Assembly (NCBI GenBank): GCA_963695555.1
Contig: CAVOGR010000007.1
Span: 320,001 to 384,000 of the forward strand
Direction of reading: 5' to 3'
Source: an uncultured Gemmatimonadales bacterium
Lineage (GTDB): Bacteria > Gemmatimonadota > Gemmatimonadetes > Gemmatimonadales > GWC2-71-9
DNA: 64,000 bases
In this document: one piece after another, positions 48,660 through 59,012 of the stretch
Layout of the letters: each line of letters opens with the position of its first letter
Numbering within the stretch: position 1 is the stretch's first letter
The notes under the pieces: model-generated
What the model was told of the DNA's origin: nothing
Databases searched by the model: none
The model's input: only the letters and a program-made list of their open reading frames with translations
Program-made: the position numbers and the translations under genes

Positions 48660-48761
48660 TGACCGGCCGTGAGTAAATCTTTCGTTAAATGACTAGGAAA
48701 GATCCTTCACGATTGACTCGAATGCCGAGTTGGCTTGTGCTGGACCCTGCGAACCACCGGG

Positions 48762-50801
48762 CTACGTGAGCAGCTGCTTCGCCTCTTCGATGGCGTGCTC
48801 CGCCCCGCTCAAGGCGAGCAGGTCACCCTCGAGGAGCGTCTCGGTGGCCTTGGGGAACACGATCCGGTCCTCGCCCCGGCAGAGCGCCACCACGGTGGCG
48901 CCCGTCATCCCACGGACATTCAACTGGGCCAGTGACTTCCCGGCCGCGGGACTCCCGGCACGGATGGTGAGTGGCGTCAAGCTGCCGAGTTCCGGCGCCA
49001 GCCGGCGTACCTCATCGAGGGCGGACGGACGCTCGCCGCTGACCTGGCGGGCCAGGGCGTGGACCACCATGCCGGCGGTGGCGCGCACGTGACCCTCGAG
49101 GTTCCGGGCCGACTGCCAGAACGCCGCCCCGAACAGCACGAGCGCGACGACCAGGACGGCGAGGCCGCCATAGGTCGGCAAGAAGGGCTGGGTAACCGCG
49201 ACCAGCGGGGCACCGACCAGGAGGATGATGAAGATCTCGAGCGTCACCAAGAGCGCCCGCCGCGGGGCGAGCCCCAGGTCCACCTTCCCTCGCTCCACCA
49301 TGGGGAAGGCGCTCGTGGCCAGAGTATGCGCCAGCGACCGGGACGACCGTACCAATCCGATGAGAAAGGGAAAGGCGAGTGCCAGGGCGGCGGCAACAAC
49401 GACGAGACGACCGATCACGACACCCATGGCAAGTGACCGGGCGAGGATCGGTAGAACGTGCGGCAGCGCCACGGACGTGCCGGCGATAATGCCGGCAATG
49501 ATGGTGGCGTCGATCAAGATGTACCCGGTCAGACGCCGGATGCGGCCCCGAGGCGTGGTGCTCCGGGGGGCATTCCGCAGGGCCTCGACCCACGAGCCGT
49601 ACAGGGTAGCGTAGGTCTGGAGTGGCTTGGGCAGCCGGCGGTCGACATAGGCGCCCGCCCTATCGGAGAAGGCAATCATCCACGGCGAGCCGAACGCGGT
49701 GAGCACCGAGACGGCCACTGCCACCGGATAGAGGAATTCGCTCGTGGCGCCACTCACGGCGCCCACCCCGGCGATGATGAATGAGAACTCGCCGATCTGA
49801 GTCAGTGTCATGCTGGTGCGGACGGAGGTCCTGGTGTCGAACCCGGCGAGGAATGCGCCGACGCTCACGCCGAGGATCTTTCCGGTCATTACTACACCGG
49901 TGAGCAGCACGACCGCGCCCCAGTTCTCGAAGATCAACCGCTGATCGATGAGCATGCCGACGGCAACGAAGAAGATGGCGGCAAACATGTCCCGCACCGG
50001 CCGGATCAATTCTGCCACCGGCCGGGACGAGCCGGACTCGGCGACGAGCGAGCCCGCGAGGAAGGCGCCGAGTGCCACGGAAAATCCAGCCGCACTCGCG
50101 AGGAGCGCGACGGCGAAGCAGAGCCCGACGCTTGCCACCAGCGTGGTTTCCGGTTTTCGAAGTCGCACGATGGCGCGCATCGCGCGTGGCACGACAAGAA
50201 TGCCCACCACCAGGAGTCCCACCAAGAACGCAACCAGGCTGCCGAGGGTGGTGGCAAGCGTGCCGGTCGAGAGCCCCGCCCCGGTCGCGACCGCGGTGAG
50301 AATCGCGATGAGGAGAATCGCCGCCAGATCCTCGACGATCAGAATGCCGAACACCAGGTCCGAATGGGAGCGCGGAACCTCGCGCTCGGCGAATACCTTG
50401 GCGATGATCATGGTACTCGAAATGGCCACGATGGCGCCGGCGAAGATGCTATCGACCGTACCCCAGCCTAGCAGCTGGCCTGCCAAATACCCCAGGGAGA
50501 GCATGAGCCCGACTTCGATCACGCCGACCAAGCCGGCCGTCGGGGCGAGCCGTGCCAACTTGTGGAGGTTGAAGTCGAGCCCGAGCGAGAACATGAGGAG
50601 GATGACCCCGAGCTCCGCCAGGGTCCGGATGCTCTGGGGATCGCCGACCAGCGTGGTGGGCGAATGCGGCCCGATGACTAGACCGGCCAGCAGGTAGCCC
50701 AGGACCACCGGCAGCTTGAGCCGGTGGAACACCACCGTAATGATGGCGGCCACGCCGAGGACTGCGGTGAGATCGCCGAGAAAAGCCGGCAGGTGTTCCA
50801 T
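48762..50801 (-). CDS. CPA2 cation:proton antiporter with C-terminal TrkA-C/RCK_C domain
   Basis: LPVVLGYLLAG, ELGVILLMFSLGL, ISSTMII, LIVED, LGAFLAG, QIGEFSFI, GSPAAGKSL. Confidence 0.92.
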   Translation of the reverse strand: MEHLPAFLGDLTAVLGVAAIITVVFHRLKLPVVLGYLLAGLVIGPHSPTTLVGDPQSIRTLAELGVILLMFSLGLDFNLHKLARLAPTAGLVGVIEVGLMLSLGYLAGQLLGWGTVDSIFAGAIVAISSTMIIAKVFAEREVPRSHSDLVFGILIVEDLAAILLIAILTAVATGAGLSTGTLATTLGSLVAFLVGLLVVGILVVPRAMRAIVRLRKPETTLVASVGLCFAVALLASAAGFSVALGAFLAGSLVAESGSSRPVAELIRPVRDMFAAIFFVAVGMLIDQRLIFENWGAVVLLTGVVMTGKILGVSVGAFLAGFDTRTSVRTSMTLTQIGEFSFIIAGVGAVSGATSEFLYPVAVAVSVLTAFGSPWMIAFSDRAGAYVDRRLPKPLQTYATLYGSWVEALRNAPRSTTPRGRIRRLTGYILIDATIIAGIIAGTSVALPHVLPILARSLAMGVVIGRLVVVAAALALAFPFLIGLVRSSRSLAHTLATSAFPMVERGKVDLGLAPRRALLVTLEIFIILLVGAPLVAVTQPFLPTYGGLAVLVVALVLFGAAFWQSARNLEGHVRATAGMVVHALARQVSGERPSALDEVRRLAPELGSLTPLTIRAGSPAAGKSLAQLNVRGMTGATVVALCRGEDRIVFPKATETLLEGDLLALSGAEHAIEEAKQLLT

Positions 50802-50999
50802 ATGATCCGTGAGCGAGAGAAAGGGGGCGCGTGGCCGACTCACCTGGGATCAAGATACCGGCATGGTTGCCGCGGCCGAAACCCGGTGAGGGCCCACCGT
50901 TCGGCGGTTGAGCGGGTCGGCGGTTCGGCGAAGGGTAGCGTGGTCCTTCTCGCAGCGGAATCACCTTCGTCATCGATCCGCCGAACCGCCCAGCCGCCG

Positions 51000-51929
51000 T
51001 CAGTTCCCCCCGCCGCGAAGGGCCCGGTACGTAATCTCCGACAGCGTCGCAATCAGCTTCGACGACACGGCGTGGTCCTCGATCCCGCGCACCAGGACGA
51101 CCAGCACGTAGGGCGGCCCGCCGTCGGGGTACACGATCGCGGCGTCGTGGTCGATCGCGGTGATCCACCCGGTCTTGTGGGCTACCCGGGTACCTGCGGG
51201 CAGCCCGGCCGGAATCCCCTCGTTGAACTCCTGCTGCTCGAGAATCGCCAGCATGTCGGCGGTGGCTGACTCATCGGCAGCCCGCCCCTCAGCCAGCGCC
51301 GTGAGGATGGCGCCAAGGTCCCGAGCGGTGGTGGTGTTGCTCAGTCCCGCCCGGTAGGCCTTCAGGTCCTCGACCCCGCGCAAGACTTCGATCGAATCGG
51401 CCCCCAATTCGCGCATGGTCGCGGTTACGCGTCGGGCATCGGCAAGCTCGATCAGGATGTTGGTAGCGAGGTTGCTGGACCGCGTGATCATCAGGTCGAT
51501 CAGTTCGCGGGCCGGCACCGCCGATCCGACCTTCAGATACAGGGTCGAGTCGCTGTCGGATGCCGGGTCGATGTCATACAACGATCCGTCGGCGATCGAG
51601 CGGAAGGTCATCCCGATCGGCACGGGTTGGTCGATGTCGAAGCGCCCGGCCTCCGCGTCGCGGAACAGTTGGATCATGACGGGCACCTTCATGGTGCTCG
51701 CGGCATGCATGCGGAGGTCGGCGTTGATGAGGACGGTGGCACCGGTGGCGAGGTGTCGGAAATACACGCCAACCTCCGCGTCGCTCGCGGCGATGGGCTC
51801 CGACAGGGCTTCGGTGAGCGCTGCGGCATCGAAAGACTTGGTGACGGTACACCCCATGACGAGAGAACACAGCACCAGTGACAGTCGCGGACCGATGAGC
51901 CCGCGACATCCGGGCCGCGTCCCGTTCAA
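51000..51929 (-). CDS. Class A beta-lactamase-related serine hydrolase, putative lipoprotein; start inferred
   Basis: SxxK (ASTMK), SxN (RSSN), KTG, lipobox VMGC. TTG start overlaps the upstream stop (TTGA). Confidence 0.85.
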   Translation of the reverse strand: MNGTRPGCRGLIGPRLSLVLCSLVMGCTVTKSFDAAALTEALSEPIAASDAEVGVYFRHLATGATVLINADLRMHAASTMKVPVMIQLFRDAEAGRFDIDQPVPIGMTFRSIADGSLYDIDPASDSDSTLYLKVGSAVPARELIDLMITRSSNLATNILIELADARRVTATMRELGADSIEVLRGVEDLKAYRAGLSNTTTARDLGAILTALAEGRAADESATADMLAILEQQEFNEGIPAGLPAGTRVAHKTGWITAIDHDAAIVYPDGGPPYVLVVLVRGIEDHAVSSKLIATLSEITYRALRGGGN

Positions 51930-53023
51930 TGCCAGATGCCGGGAATGCGCGCGCTGCAACTGGGGCAGAGGCCCTCCGCGGTCACGCGATTGCGGCGCAC
52001 CAAGTAACCGGAGCGCTCGATCAACCGATCGCCGCAGTCGGGGCAGTCGGTGTGCTCCCACGACCCGACGCGCCCGGCGAGGTTCCCGGCGTAGACGTAG
52101 CGCAGGCCGGCCTCCTTGCCGATCTCGCAGGCCTGGAGCAGCGCACCGACCCGGGTCCGACGACAGTCCGCCATCCGGTACTCGCCGTGGAACGCGGTCA
52201 CGTGCCACGGGATATCGGGCGATACCGAGGCGATGAACCGTGCCGCGTCACCAAGTTCCACGGGATCGTCGTTGAACCCCGGAACCACGAGGGTGACGAT
52301 CTCCAGCCAAAACCCCAGTTCGTGCACCATCCGGATGCCGTCCAGCACGGACGAGAGGACGCCCCCCAGCTTCCGGTAGGCGGAATCCGACATCGACTTG
52401 AGATCGATCTTGTAGCAATCGGTAACGGGACGGATGTACTCCAGGGCCTCGCGGGAACAGTTCCCGTTCGAGACGAATGCCGTCTTCAATCCCTGGGCCT
52501 TGGCGCGGCGGAACACCTCGACCGCCCACTCCGCCGTGATCGACGGCTCGTTGTAGGAGGACGTCACCATCGGGGCGCCCGACTGCCGGGCCAGCAGAAC
52601 CAGCTCACGGGCACTCACGATGGTCGGGCTCGTTCCCGCCGACTCGTCCCGGATCGCCTGCGACGTGAGCCAATTCTGACAATAGCCGCAGTGGAAGTCG
52701 CAGCCGAGCATGCCGAACGTGAGGGTGTCGCAACCTGGCAGGACGTGGTAGAACGGCTTCTTTTCGATAGGGTCGGTGTGCAGGCCGGCGATGTAGTTGG
52801 CCGGCGCATACAGCCTGCCGGCGCGGTTGAATCGCACCTGGCAGATGCCGCGTCGGCCAGGGCGGACGAGGCAGCGGTGGGCACACGCGAGGCATCGGAC
52901 TGCCCCGTCCGCCTCCCGGCGAACCAGCTCGGCGGGCCGGACGAAGGAATCGAGCAGCTCGGCGAGCCGAACCGACCGCGGCCGGGTGCGGAAGACGTCT
53001 TCGGAAGGAGCACCACGAGCCAT
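51926..53023 (-). CDS. amrS: AmmeMemoRadiSam system radical SAM enzyme
   Basis: CLACAHRC..GICQVR, DPIEKKPFYH, GCDFHCGYCQNW, SYNEP, YVYAGN..TDCPDC. SD AAGGAGG. Confidence 0.9.
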   Translation of the reverse strand: MARGAPSEDVFRTRPRSVRLAELLDSFVRPAELVRREADGAVRCLACAHRCLVRPGRRGICQVRFNRAGRLYAPANYIAGLHTDPIEKKPFYHVLPGCDTLTFGMLGCDFHCGYCQNWLTSQAIRDESAGTSPTIVSARELVLLARQSGAPMVTSSYNEPSITAEWAVEVFRRAKAQGLKTAFVSNGNCSREALEYIRPVTDCYKIDLKSMSDSAYRKLGGVLSSVLDGIRMVHELGFWLEIVTLVVPGFNDDPVELGDAARFIASVSPDIPWHVTAFHGEYRMADCRRTRVGALLQACEIGKEAGLRYVYAGNLAGRVGSWEHTDCPDCGDRLIERSGYLVRRNRVTAEGLCPSCSARIPGIWH

Positions 53024-53094
53024 GGGCACCTCCTTGGCGGTAAGCCTAGACCAATAATAGCGCGATCCTTGCCCCGAGAGATACCTTCCAAATC

Positions 53095-56000
53095 ATGTCG
53101 CTCTCAGGCTTCCACCCCGCCGTCGCCCGCTGGTTCACCGACGCCATCGGCGAGCCAACCCACGCCCAAGAACGGGGGTGGGAGGCCATCCGCAAGGGGC
53201 AGAACACGCTCATCGCGGCCCCGACCGGCTCCGGGAAGACCTTTGCCGCGTTCCTGAACGCCCTGGATCAGCTGTGCCGGGAAGGCCTGGAGCAGGGCCT
53301 CCCGGACGAGGTCCGGGTGGTCTACGTCTCACCGCTCAAGGCGTTGAGCGCCGATATCCACAAGAACCTGGTCGAGCCGCGCGAGGGCATCGCCGAAACG
53401 GCGCTTCGCATGGGGCTCGAGCCGGTGAAGACTACCGCTGCAGTTCGAACGGGCGACACGACCAGTGCGGCGCGCGCCGCCATGCTCAAGCGCCCGCCGC
53501 ACATTCTGGTGACGACGCCCGAGTCGCTCTACCTGCTGCTCACCGCCAAGCGCAGCCGCGAAATGCTCCGCACAGTGCGGACGGTCATCGTGGACGAGAT
53601 CCACGCCGTGGTCCAGTCGCGCCGCGGCTCGCACTTGGCGCTCAGTCTCGAACGGCTCGAGCACGTTACGGGTGGGTCGCTCCAGCGTATCGGCCTCTCG
53701 GCGACGCAGCATCCGATCGACCAGGTCGCGCGATTCCTGGTCGGCATCCGGCCGGATGGTACAGCACGGGAATGCACCGTGGTCGATGAAGGACACCGCC
53801 GGGCACTCGATCTGGCCCTCGAGTTGCCAGGCTCGCCGCTCGAATCGGTCATGTCGCACGAAGTGTGGGAAGAGGTATTCGACCGGCTCGCCCAGCTCAT
53901 CGAGGAACACCGCGTCACCCTCGTCTTCGTCAACACCCGCCGCCTGGCGGAACGGGTCGCACGCGATCTCGAGAAACGGTTGGGAGGGGACGCGGTCACC
54001 GCGCACCATGGGAGCCTGGCCAAGGAAGCCCGGCTCGATGCGGAACAGCGGCTCAAGGAAGGCCGGCTCAAGGCCCTCGTTGCGACGGCGTCACTCGAAT
54101 TGGGCATCGACATCGGCTATGTCGACCTGGTGTGCCAGCTGGGCTCCCCGCATTGGATCTCGACCCTGCTCCAGCGAGTGGGCCGCTCGGGGCATACCAT
54201 CCGCGGTACACCGAAGGGCCGCCTGTTCCCACTCACCCGCGACGACTTGATCGAATGTACGGCGCTCGTTCGCGCGGTGGGCGAGGGCGAGCTGGACCGG
54301 ATCGTCATTCTCGAGCGGCCCCGCGACGTCTTGGCTCAACAAATCGTGGCCGAAGCAGCCAGCGAGGACTGGAACGAAGCAGCGCTGTTCGACCTGGTGC
54401 GCCGGGCCTATCCCTATCGCGCGCTCGAGCGAAGGGAATTCGACAACATCGTACGCATGGCAGCCGAGGGGTTTACCACCCGCCGGGGCCGCCGGGGGGC
54501 GTTGCTGCACTACGATGGAGTGAACGGAACGATTCGGGGCCGGCGCGGAGCCCGGATGCTGGCGATCACGTCAGGCGGGGCCATCCCCGACAACGCCGAC
54601 TATCGGGTGATCCTCGAGCCGGAAGACACCTTCATCGGCACCCTCAACGAAGACTTCGCCGTCGAGAGCATGGCGGGTGACATCTTTCAGCTGGGGAACA
54701 CGTCCTGGCGCATCCTCCAGATAGGCCCCGGCATCGTCCGAGTAGCGGACGCCAGGGGAGAGCCGCCGAACATTCCATTCTGGTTCGGGGAAGCGCCGGC
54801 GCGGAGCGCTGAATTATCTCAGGCGGTTGCTCGGCTGCGTGCCGACATCGAGCCGCAGCTCCACGATGCGGACGCCGCCGTCGTGTGGCTCGTGGACCGT
54901 GTCGGCATCTCGCAGGCCGCGGCCCATCAAATCGTGCACTACCTGGCGGATGCCAAGCGATTGCTCGGCCTTCTCCCGACCCAGGAAACCCTCATTCTCG
55001 AGCGATTCTTCGATGAATCGGGCGGCATGCAGCTGGTACTGCACGCACCATTCGGCAGCCGAGTGAATCGGGCGTGGGGACTGGCACTGCGGAAGAAGTT
55101 TTGCCGCTCCTTTAACTTCGAATTGCAAGCCGCGGCCACCGAGGAAGGCGTGCTCTTGTCGCTGGGGCCGCAGCATTCCTTCCCGTTGGATGACGTGTTC
55201 CGCTATCTCCATCCGCGCACACTGCGCGACACGCTGATCCAGGCCCTCCTCGACTCGCCGATGTTCCCAACTCGGTGGCGGTGGAACGCCACCATCTCGC
55301 TCGCGGTGCTCCGTCAGCGCGCCGGCCGGCGGACTCCGGCGCCACTCCAGCGAATGGAAGCGGACGACCTCATGGCCGCGGCCTTTCCCGACGCGGCCGC
55401 CTGTCTCGAGAACATCGCCGGGGACCGGGAAATCCCCGACCACCCGCTGGTGCAGCAGACCATCGAGGACTGCCTGACCGAGGCGATGAACCTTCCCGAG
55501 TTGGTCCCGATCATCGAGCGCATTTTTGCGGGCGACATCGCGTGCGTCTCGCGCGACACCCCTGAGCCCTCGGTTCTCTGTCATGAAATCCTGAACGCGC
55601 GTCCGTACGCCTTCCTGGACGACGCCCCGCTGGAGGAACGCCGCACCCAGGCCGTCTATACCCGCCGCGCCACCGAGCCGTCGAGCGCAAGGGACCTGGG
55701 CGCCCTGGATACGGAGGCCATCGGCCGCGTCAAGGACGAAGCGTGGCCGGATCCTCGCGACGCCGATGAGCTGCATGATGCCCTCATGCAATGCGGCTTC
55801 GTCACCGCGCAGGAAGGGAAGGACAGTAGGGACTCGTGGGGGCCGCTGTTCCAAGAGCTGGCAGCAGCGGGTCGCGCGACCGAGGTCACGATTGCCGATG
55901 GAGGCCACCGATCCGCAATTAGGTGGTGGGTCGCAACCGAGCGGGTGCCGGAAGTCCGGGCGATCCATGTCGTACAGCTCGAACCAGCGGTGTCGGTTCC

Positions 56001-57441
56001 GGAGCGCTTCAGGAGGGAGTGGGATCGATCGGAGGTGGCGAAGGAATTCGTTCGGAGCCGGCTCGATGTCGTTGGGCCGACGACCCAAGCCGCGTTGGCA
56101 TCGTCGCTCGCCCTTCCGGAGTCAGATGTCGAGCCGGCGCTCGCCGCGCTCGAAGCGGATGGCGCCGTGCTCCGCGGCAGCTTCACCCCCGGCGCCACAG
56201 GACGGGAGTGGTGCGAGCGACGTCTCCTCGCCCGGATGCATCGCTACACGCTGAACCGGCTCCGGGCGGAGATCGAGCCGGTCGCGCCGGCGGATTTCAT
56301 GCGGTTCCTGTTCGCATGGCAGAAGCTCGACCCCGAATATCGCGTGCGTGGAGCCGACGGCCTGGCCGCAATCGTGGCCCAACTCGACGGCTACGAGTGC
56401 GCCGCCGGTGTCTGGGAGCGCGACGTGCTGCCCTCGCGCATGGACGACTACGATCCCGACATGCTCGATACCCTGTCGTTCACGGGACGGGTGATGTGGA
56501 GCAGGCTGTCGACCCCGGCCCGCTCCCGGGACGAGAGCGGACCGGCCGGTCCCATTCGCAGCACGCCCATCGCTCTCTACTTACGCGAGCATGCCGGGTC
56601 ATGGCTCGCGCTCGTTCGTCCGACCCCTACCCCATCTCTCGGCGCGCATGCCGCCCAAGTGCACGACGCGCTCGAACGGAAGGGGGCGGTCTTCTTCCAG
56701 GAGCTGGTGGACGAGGCAGGGCTCTTGGCAACCCAGGTGGAGCTGGCGCTGGCGGAGTTGGTGGGGTTGGGCCTGGTCACGTCCGATAGCTTCGCCGGGC
56801 TTCGGGCGCTGCTCACCCCGTCCGACCGTCGCAAACCACTCCGCGCGGCGAGTCACACCCGTCGAAGGACGACGGCACCGGTGGGAATCGAATCGGCGGG
56901 GCGCTGGTCGCGGATATGCATGGAGGGGAGCTCAGCGCCCGAGCACGCGAGCGCGGCGGTTGAGGCCCAGGCGTGGGCATTGCTGCGCCGCTACGGCGTG
57001 GCGTTCCGGCGGTTACTGGCCCGCGAGTCGAACCTGGCCCCGTGGCGCGACCTGACGGCGGTGTACCGCCGGCTCGAAGCGCGCGGGGAGATCCGAGGTG
57101 GCCGGTTCGTGTCCGGCATGAGCGGCGAGCAGTTCGCGCTGCCGGAGGCGGTGGGGCAACTACGCAAGATCCGACGTGAGGCCGTCGCCGGACAACTCGT
57201 CGGGATCAGCGCATCTGATCCGCTCAATCTGAGCGGGGTGATAACACCGGGACGCCGGATTCCGGCCGTGGCGACCAATCGTGTGGTGTATCTCGACGGC
57301 GTGCCTATCGCGGCCCAAGAGGCCGGCTCGTTCGTCGCTCTTACAGAGTTCGATGCCTCGCTTCGGCGTGACGTCGATCGGGCACTGGTCAGGGTCCGGA
57401 TGCCGCCCAAGCTACGGGTGTACCTGGGGCGCGCCGGCTAG
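53095..57441 (+). CDS. lhr: Lhr-family DEAD/DEAH helicase (long form)
   Basis: APTGSGKT, SPLKAL, TTPESLYL, DEIH, HHGSL, SLELGIDIG, QRVGRSGH, C-terminal GEIRGGRFV..GEQFALP. Confidence 0.93.
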   Translation: MSLSGFHPAVARWFTDAIGEPTHAQERGWEAIRKGQNTLIAAPTGSGKTFAAFLNALDQLCREGLEQGLPDEVRVVYVSPLKALSADIHKNLVEPREGIAETALRMGLEPVKTTAAVRTGDTTSAARAAMLKRPPHILVTTPESLYLLLTAKRSREMLRTVRTVIVDEIHAVVQSRRGSHLALSLERLEHVTGGSLQRIGLSATQHPIDQVARFLVGIRPDGTARECTVVDEGHRRALDLALELPGSPLESVMSHEVWEEVFDRLAQLIEEHRVTLVFVNTRRLAERVARDLEKRLGGDAVTAHHGSLAKEARLDAEQRLKEGRLKALVATASLELGIDIGYVDLVCQLGSPHWISTLLQRVGRSGHTIRGTPKGRLFPLTRDDLIECTALVRAVGEGELDRIVILERPRDVLAQQIVAEAASEDWNEAALFDLVRRAYPYRALERREFDNIVRMAAEGFTTRRGRRGALLHYDGVNGTIRGRRGARMLAITSGGAIPDNADYRVILEPEDTFIGTLNEDFAVESMAGDIFQLGNTSWRILQIGPGIVRVADARGEPPNIPFWFGEAPARSAELSQAVARLRADIEPQLHDADAAVVWLVDRVGISQAAAHQIVHYLADAKRLLGLLPTQETLILERFFDESGGMQLVLHAPFGSRVNRAWGLALRKKFCRSFNFELQAAATEEGVLLSLGPQHSFPLDDVFRYLHPRTLRDTLIQALLDSPMFPTRWRWNATISLAVLRQRAGRRTPAPLQRMEADDLMAAAFPDAAACLENIAGDREIPDHPLVQQTIEDCLTEAMNLPELVPIIERIFAGDIACVSRDTPEPSVLCHEILNARPYAFLDDAPLEERRTQAVYTRRATEPSSARDLGALDTEAIGRVKDEAWPDPRDADELHDALMQCGFVTAQEGKDSRDSWGPLFQELAAAGRATEVTIADGGHRSAIRWWVATERVPEVRAIHVVQLEPAVSVPERFRREWDRSEVAKEFVRSRLDVVGPTTQAALASSLALPESDVEPALAALEADGAVLRGSFTPGATGREWCERRLLARMHRYTLNRLRAEIEPVAPADFMRFLFAWQKLDPEYRVRGADGLAAIVAQLDGYECAAGVWERDVLPSRMDDYDPDMLDTLSFTGRVMWSRLSTPARSRDESGPAGPIRSTPIALYLREHAGSWLALVRPTPTPSLGAHAAQVHDALERKGAVFFQELVDEAGLLATQVELALAELVGLGLVTSDSFAGLRALLTPSDRRKPLRAASHTRRRTTAPVGIESAGRWSRICMEGSSAPEHASAAVEAQAWALLRRYGVAFRRLLARESNLAPWRDLTAVYRRLEARGEIRGGRFVSGMSGEQFALPEAVGQLRKIRREAVAGQLVGISASDPLNLSGVITPGRRIPAVATNRVVYLDGVPIAAQEAGSFVALTEFDASLRRDVDRALVRVRMPPKLRVYLGRAG

Positions 57442-57457
57442 TCACCCTCGCAGGCTG

Positions 57458-57982
57458 TTACCAACCTTCCCGTTCGCGCAACGACGTGATGTGCGTGATG
57501 TGATGATCCCCATGCCAGGCGTACAGCGCGAGCATGGCGTCCAGGCTGAGAATGCCGATCTCGGGATGGTCGAGCGTGCGTGCCAGGTGCTCGGGCGAGA
57601 GCGACTGGAGCAGTGCGACCCATCTCAGGTGAAGCGCCTCGAGCAGATCGAGGGATGCTTCGATCGGGCCAGTCTTCTCGTCCGGTAGCTCCGCCCAGCG
57701 GTCTTCATGGTAGGTGCAGACGACCGGCTGGTCTTCGGTGAGGGCGCGTTTGAACCGGATGTAGCTGTTCATGTGGCTATCGGGCAGGTGATGCACCACT
57801 TGCCGGACGGTCCAGCCCCCCGGGCGATACTGGGTGTCGAGTTGCCGCGGGCCCAACCCATCGACCGCGCCCCGTAACCGCCGTGGCACGCTGGCAATCC
57901 GGTCGATCGCCGCGCTTCGGCTCGCGGTGTTGTAGGTGTCCGGCTTGACGAAGGGACCGATGGGATAACGAAGGTCGGCCAT
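57458..57982 (-). CDS. YfiT/BstA-family bacillithiol transferase (DinB superfamily)
   Basis: DLRYPIGPF, YRPGGWTVRQVVHHLPDSH, YAWHGDHH. Confidence 0.9.
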   Translation of the reverse strand: MADLRYPIGPFVKPDTYNTASRSAAIDRIASVPRRLRGAVDGLGPRQLDTQYRPGGWTVRQVVHHLPDSHMNSYIRFKRALTEDQPVVCTYHEDRWAELPDEKTGPIEASLDLLEALHLRWVALLQSLSPEHLARTLDHPEIGILSLDAMLALYAWHGDHHITHITSLREREGW

Positions 57983-58001
57983 GATGGAGTCGACTCCGGC
58001 G

Positions 58002-58538
58002 TCAGAGCGAGGGAAGGTACTTCGTTTCCAGGACTTTCCGGTGATGGATTTCGTGACCCCCAATGATATACGGGAGCGACCGAACGGTGAACGCGACATC
58101 ACTGGCAATGCCGCGGCGGGGCCACGCCTCCGGGTCGAAGCCATTAAACATGGCGAGAGTGGCCTGCCGCACGGACGCGAACTCGTCGAGCAGCGAGGCG
58201 AGAGTGCGTCGGTCGAAATGTCCCGCCTCGACCCAATCATCCTGCTCCATGCTCGGGAGCGGAGCTCGGTCTCGGCGAGCAAAGTGGAGTGCGCGCTCGG
58301 CGAACACCCGCTCCACGTCGATCACGTGACCCACGACCTCCTTGACGGACCATTTTCCTGGGGCGTAGCGGAATGCCGCCTGGGCCTCATCGAGCGGTGT
58401 CAGCAGGGCAACGGTGCGGCCGACCTCCTGGGCCAGGAGCTCCAGCACGCTCCCCTCCGGAACCTGGCGGACGTAGAGACCATAGTAGGGCGCGTGCTCG
58501 TCGGCGCCGGGACGCTTCACGCCGGGGTCCTCTGACAT
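58002..58538 (-). CDS. DinB family protein
   Basis: YAPGKWSVKEVVGHVIDVERVF, GHEIHH. Confidence 0.9.
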   Translation of the reverse strand: MSEDPGVKRPGADEHAPYYGLYVRQVPEGSVLELLAQEVGRTVALLTPLDEAQAAFRYAPGKWSVKEVVGHVIDVERVFAERALHFARRDRAPLPSMEQDDWVEAGHFDRRTLASLLDEFASVRQATLAMFNGFDPEAWPRRGIASDVAFTVRSLPYIIGGHEIHHRKVLETKYLPSL

Positions 58539-58544
58539 TTTGGC

Positions 58545-59012
58545 CTACGGAACCCGGACGTAATACCCCGACACGCGCCAGGTTCCATCCGTGTCGCGCA
58601 GCGGCGTGAGGGTCTCGACCAGCTTGGTGTTATCCGCGGCCATCACCTGATATTGGATCACCACGTACTGGCCCTTGGGCGCCCCGGGCAGTTCGGTCAT
58701 GTACTTGGCGCCCAGGAATTGGCGCGCGCCCATGGGTTCAAAGGGACCCCGTGCCTGGAGAACGGCGGCCTCCCATTGCTCCTCGGTGACGGCCGCTTTG
58801 AACATGCTGGCGGCCGCTGCCCAGCTCTTCCCATACTCGGCCGCGTCCACCAATTCGAGCCAGCTCTGGGCTGCCTTCTTGGCGGCCTCGACCGCGGCGG
58901 TCTCCGCACTATCGGGCATCGCCTTCTCCTGGGCGCCGGCCATTGTCGTGCCGACGAGCCCTGCCAGCACGGCCACAACGAAGCTGAGGGCAGTTCGTGA
59001 GTGTCGTTGCAT
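58545..59012 (-). CDS. DUF4019-domain exported protein
   Basis: Signal peptide, AQSWLELVD..YGKSW, LPGAPKGQYVVIQY, DGTWRVSGYY. Confidence 0.85.
   Translation of the reverse strand: MQRHSRTALSFVVAVLAGLVGTTMAGAQEKAMPDSAETAAVEAAKKAAQSWLELVDAAEYGKSWAAAASMFKAAVTEEQWEAAVLQARGPFEPMGARQFLGAKYMTELPGAPKGQYVVIQYQVMAADNTKLVETLTPLRDTDGTWRVSGYYVRVP

Noticed and set aside
51930..52208. Long N-terminal extension of the beta-lactamase-like ORF
   Set aside because: It overlaps the conserved amrS C-terminus and has Arg-rich shadow composition.
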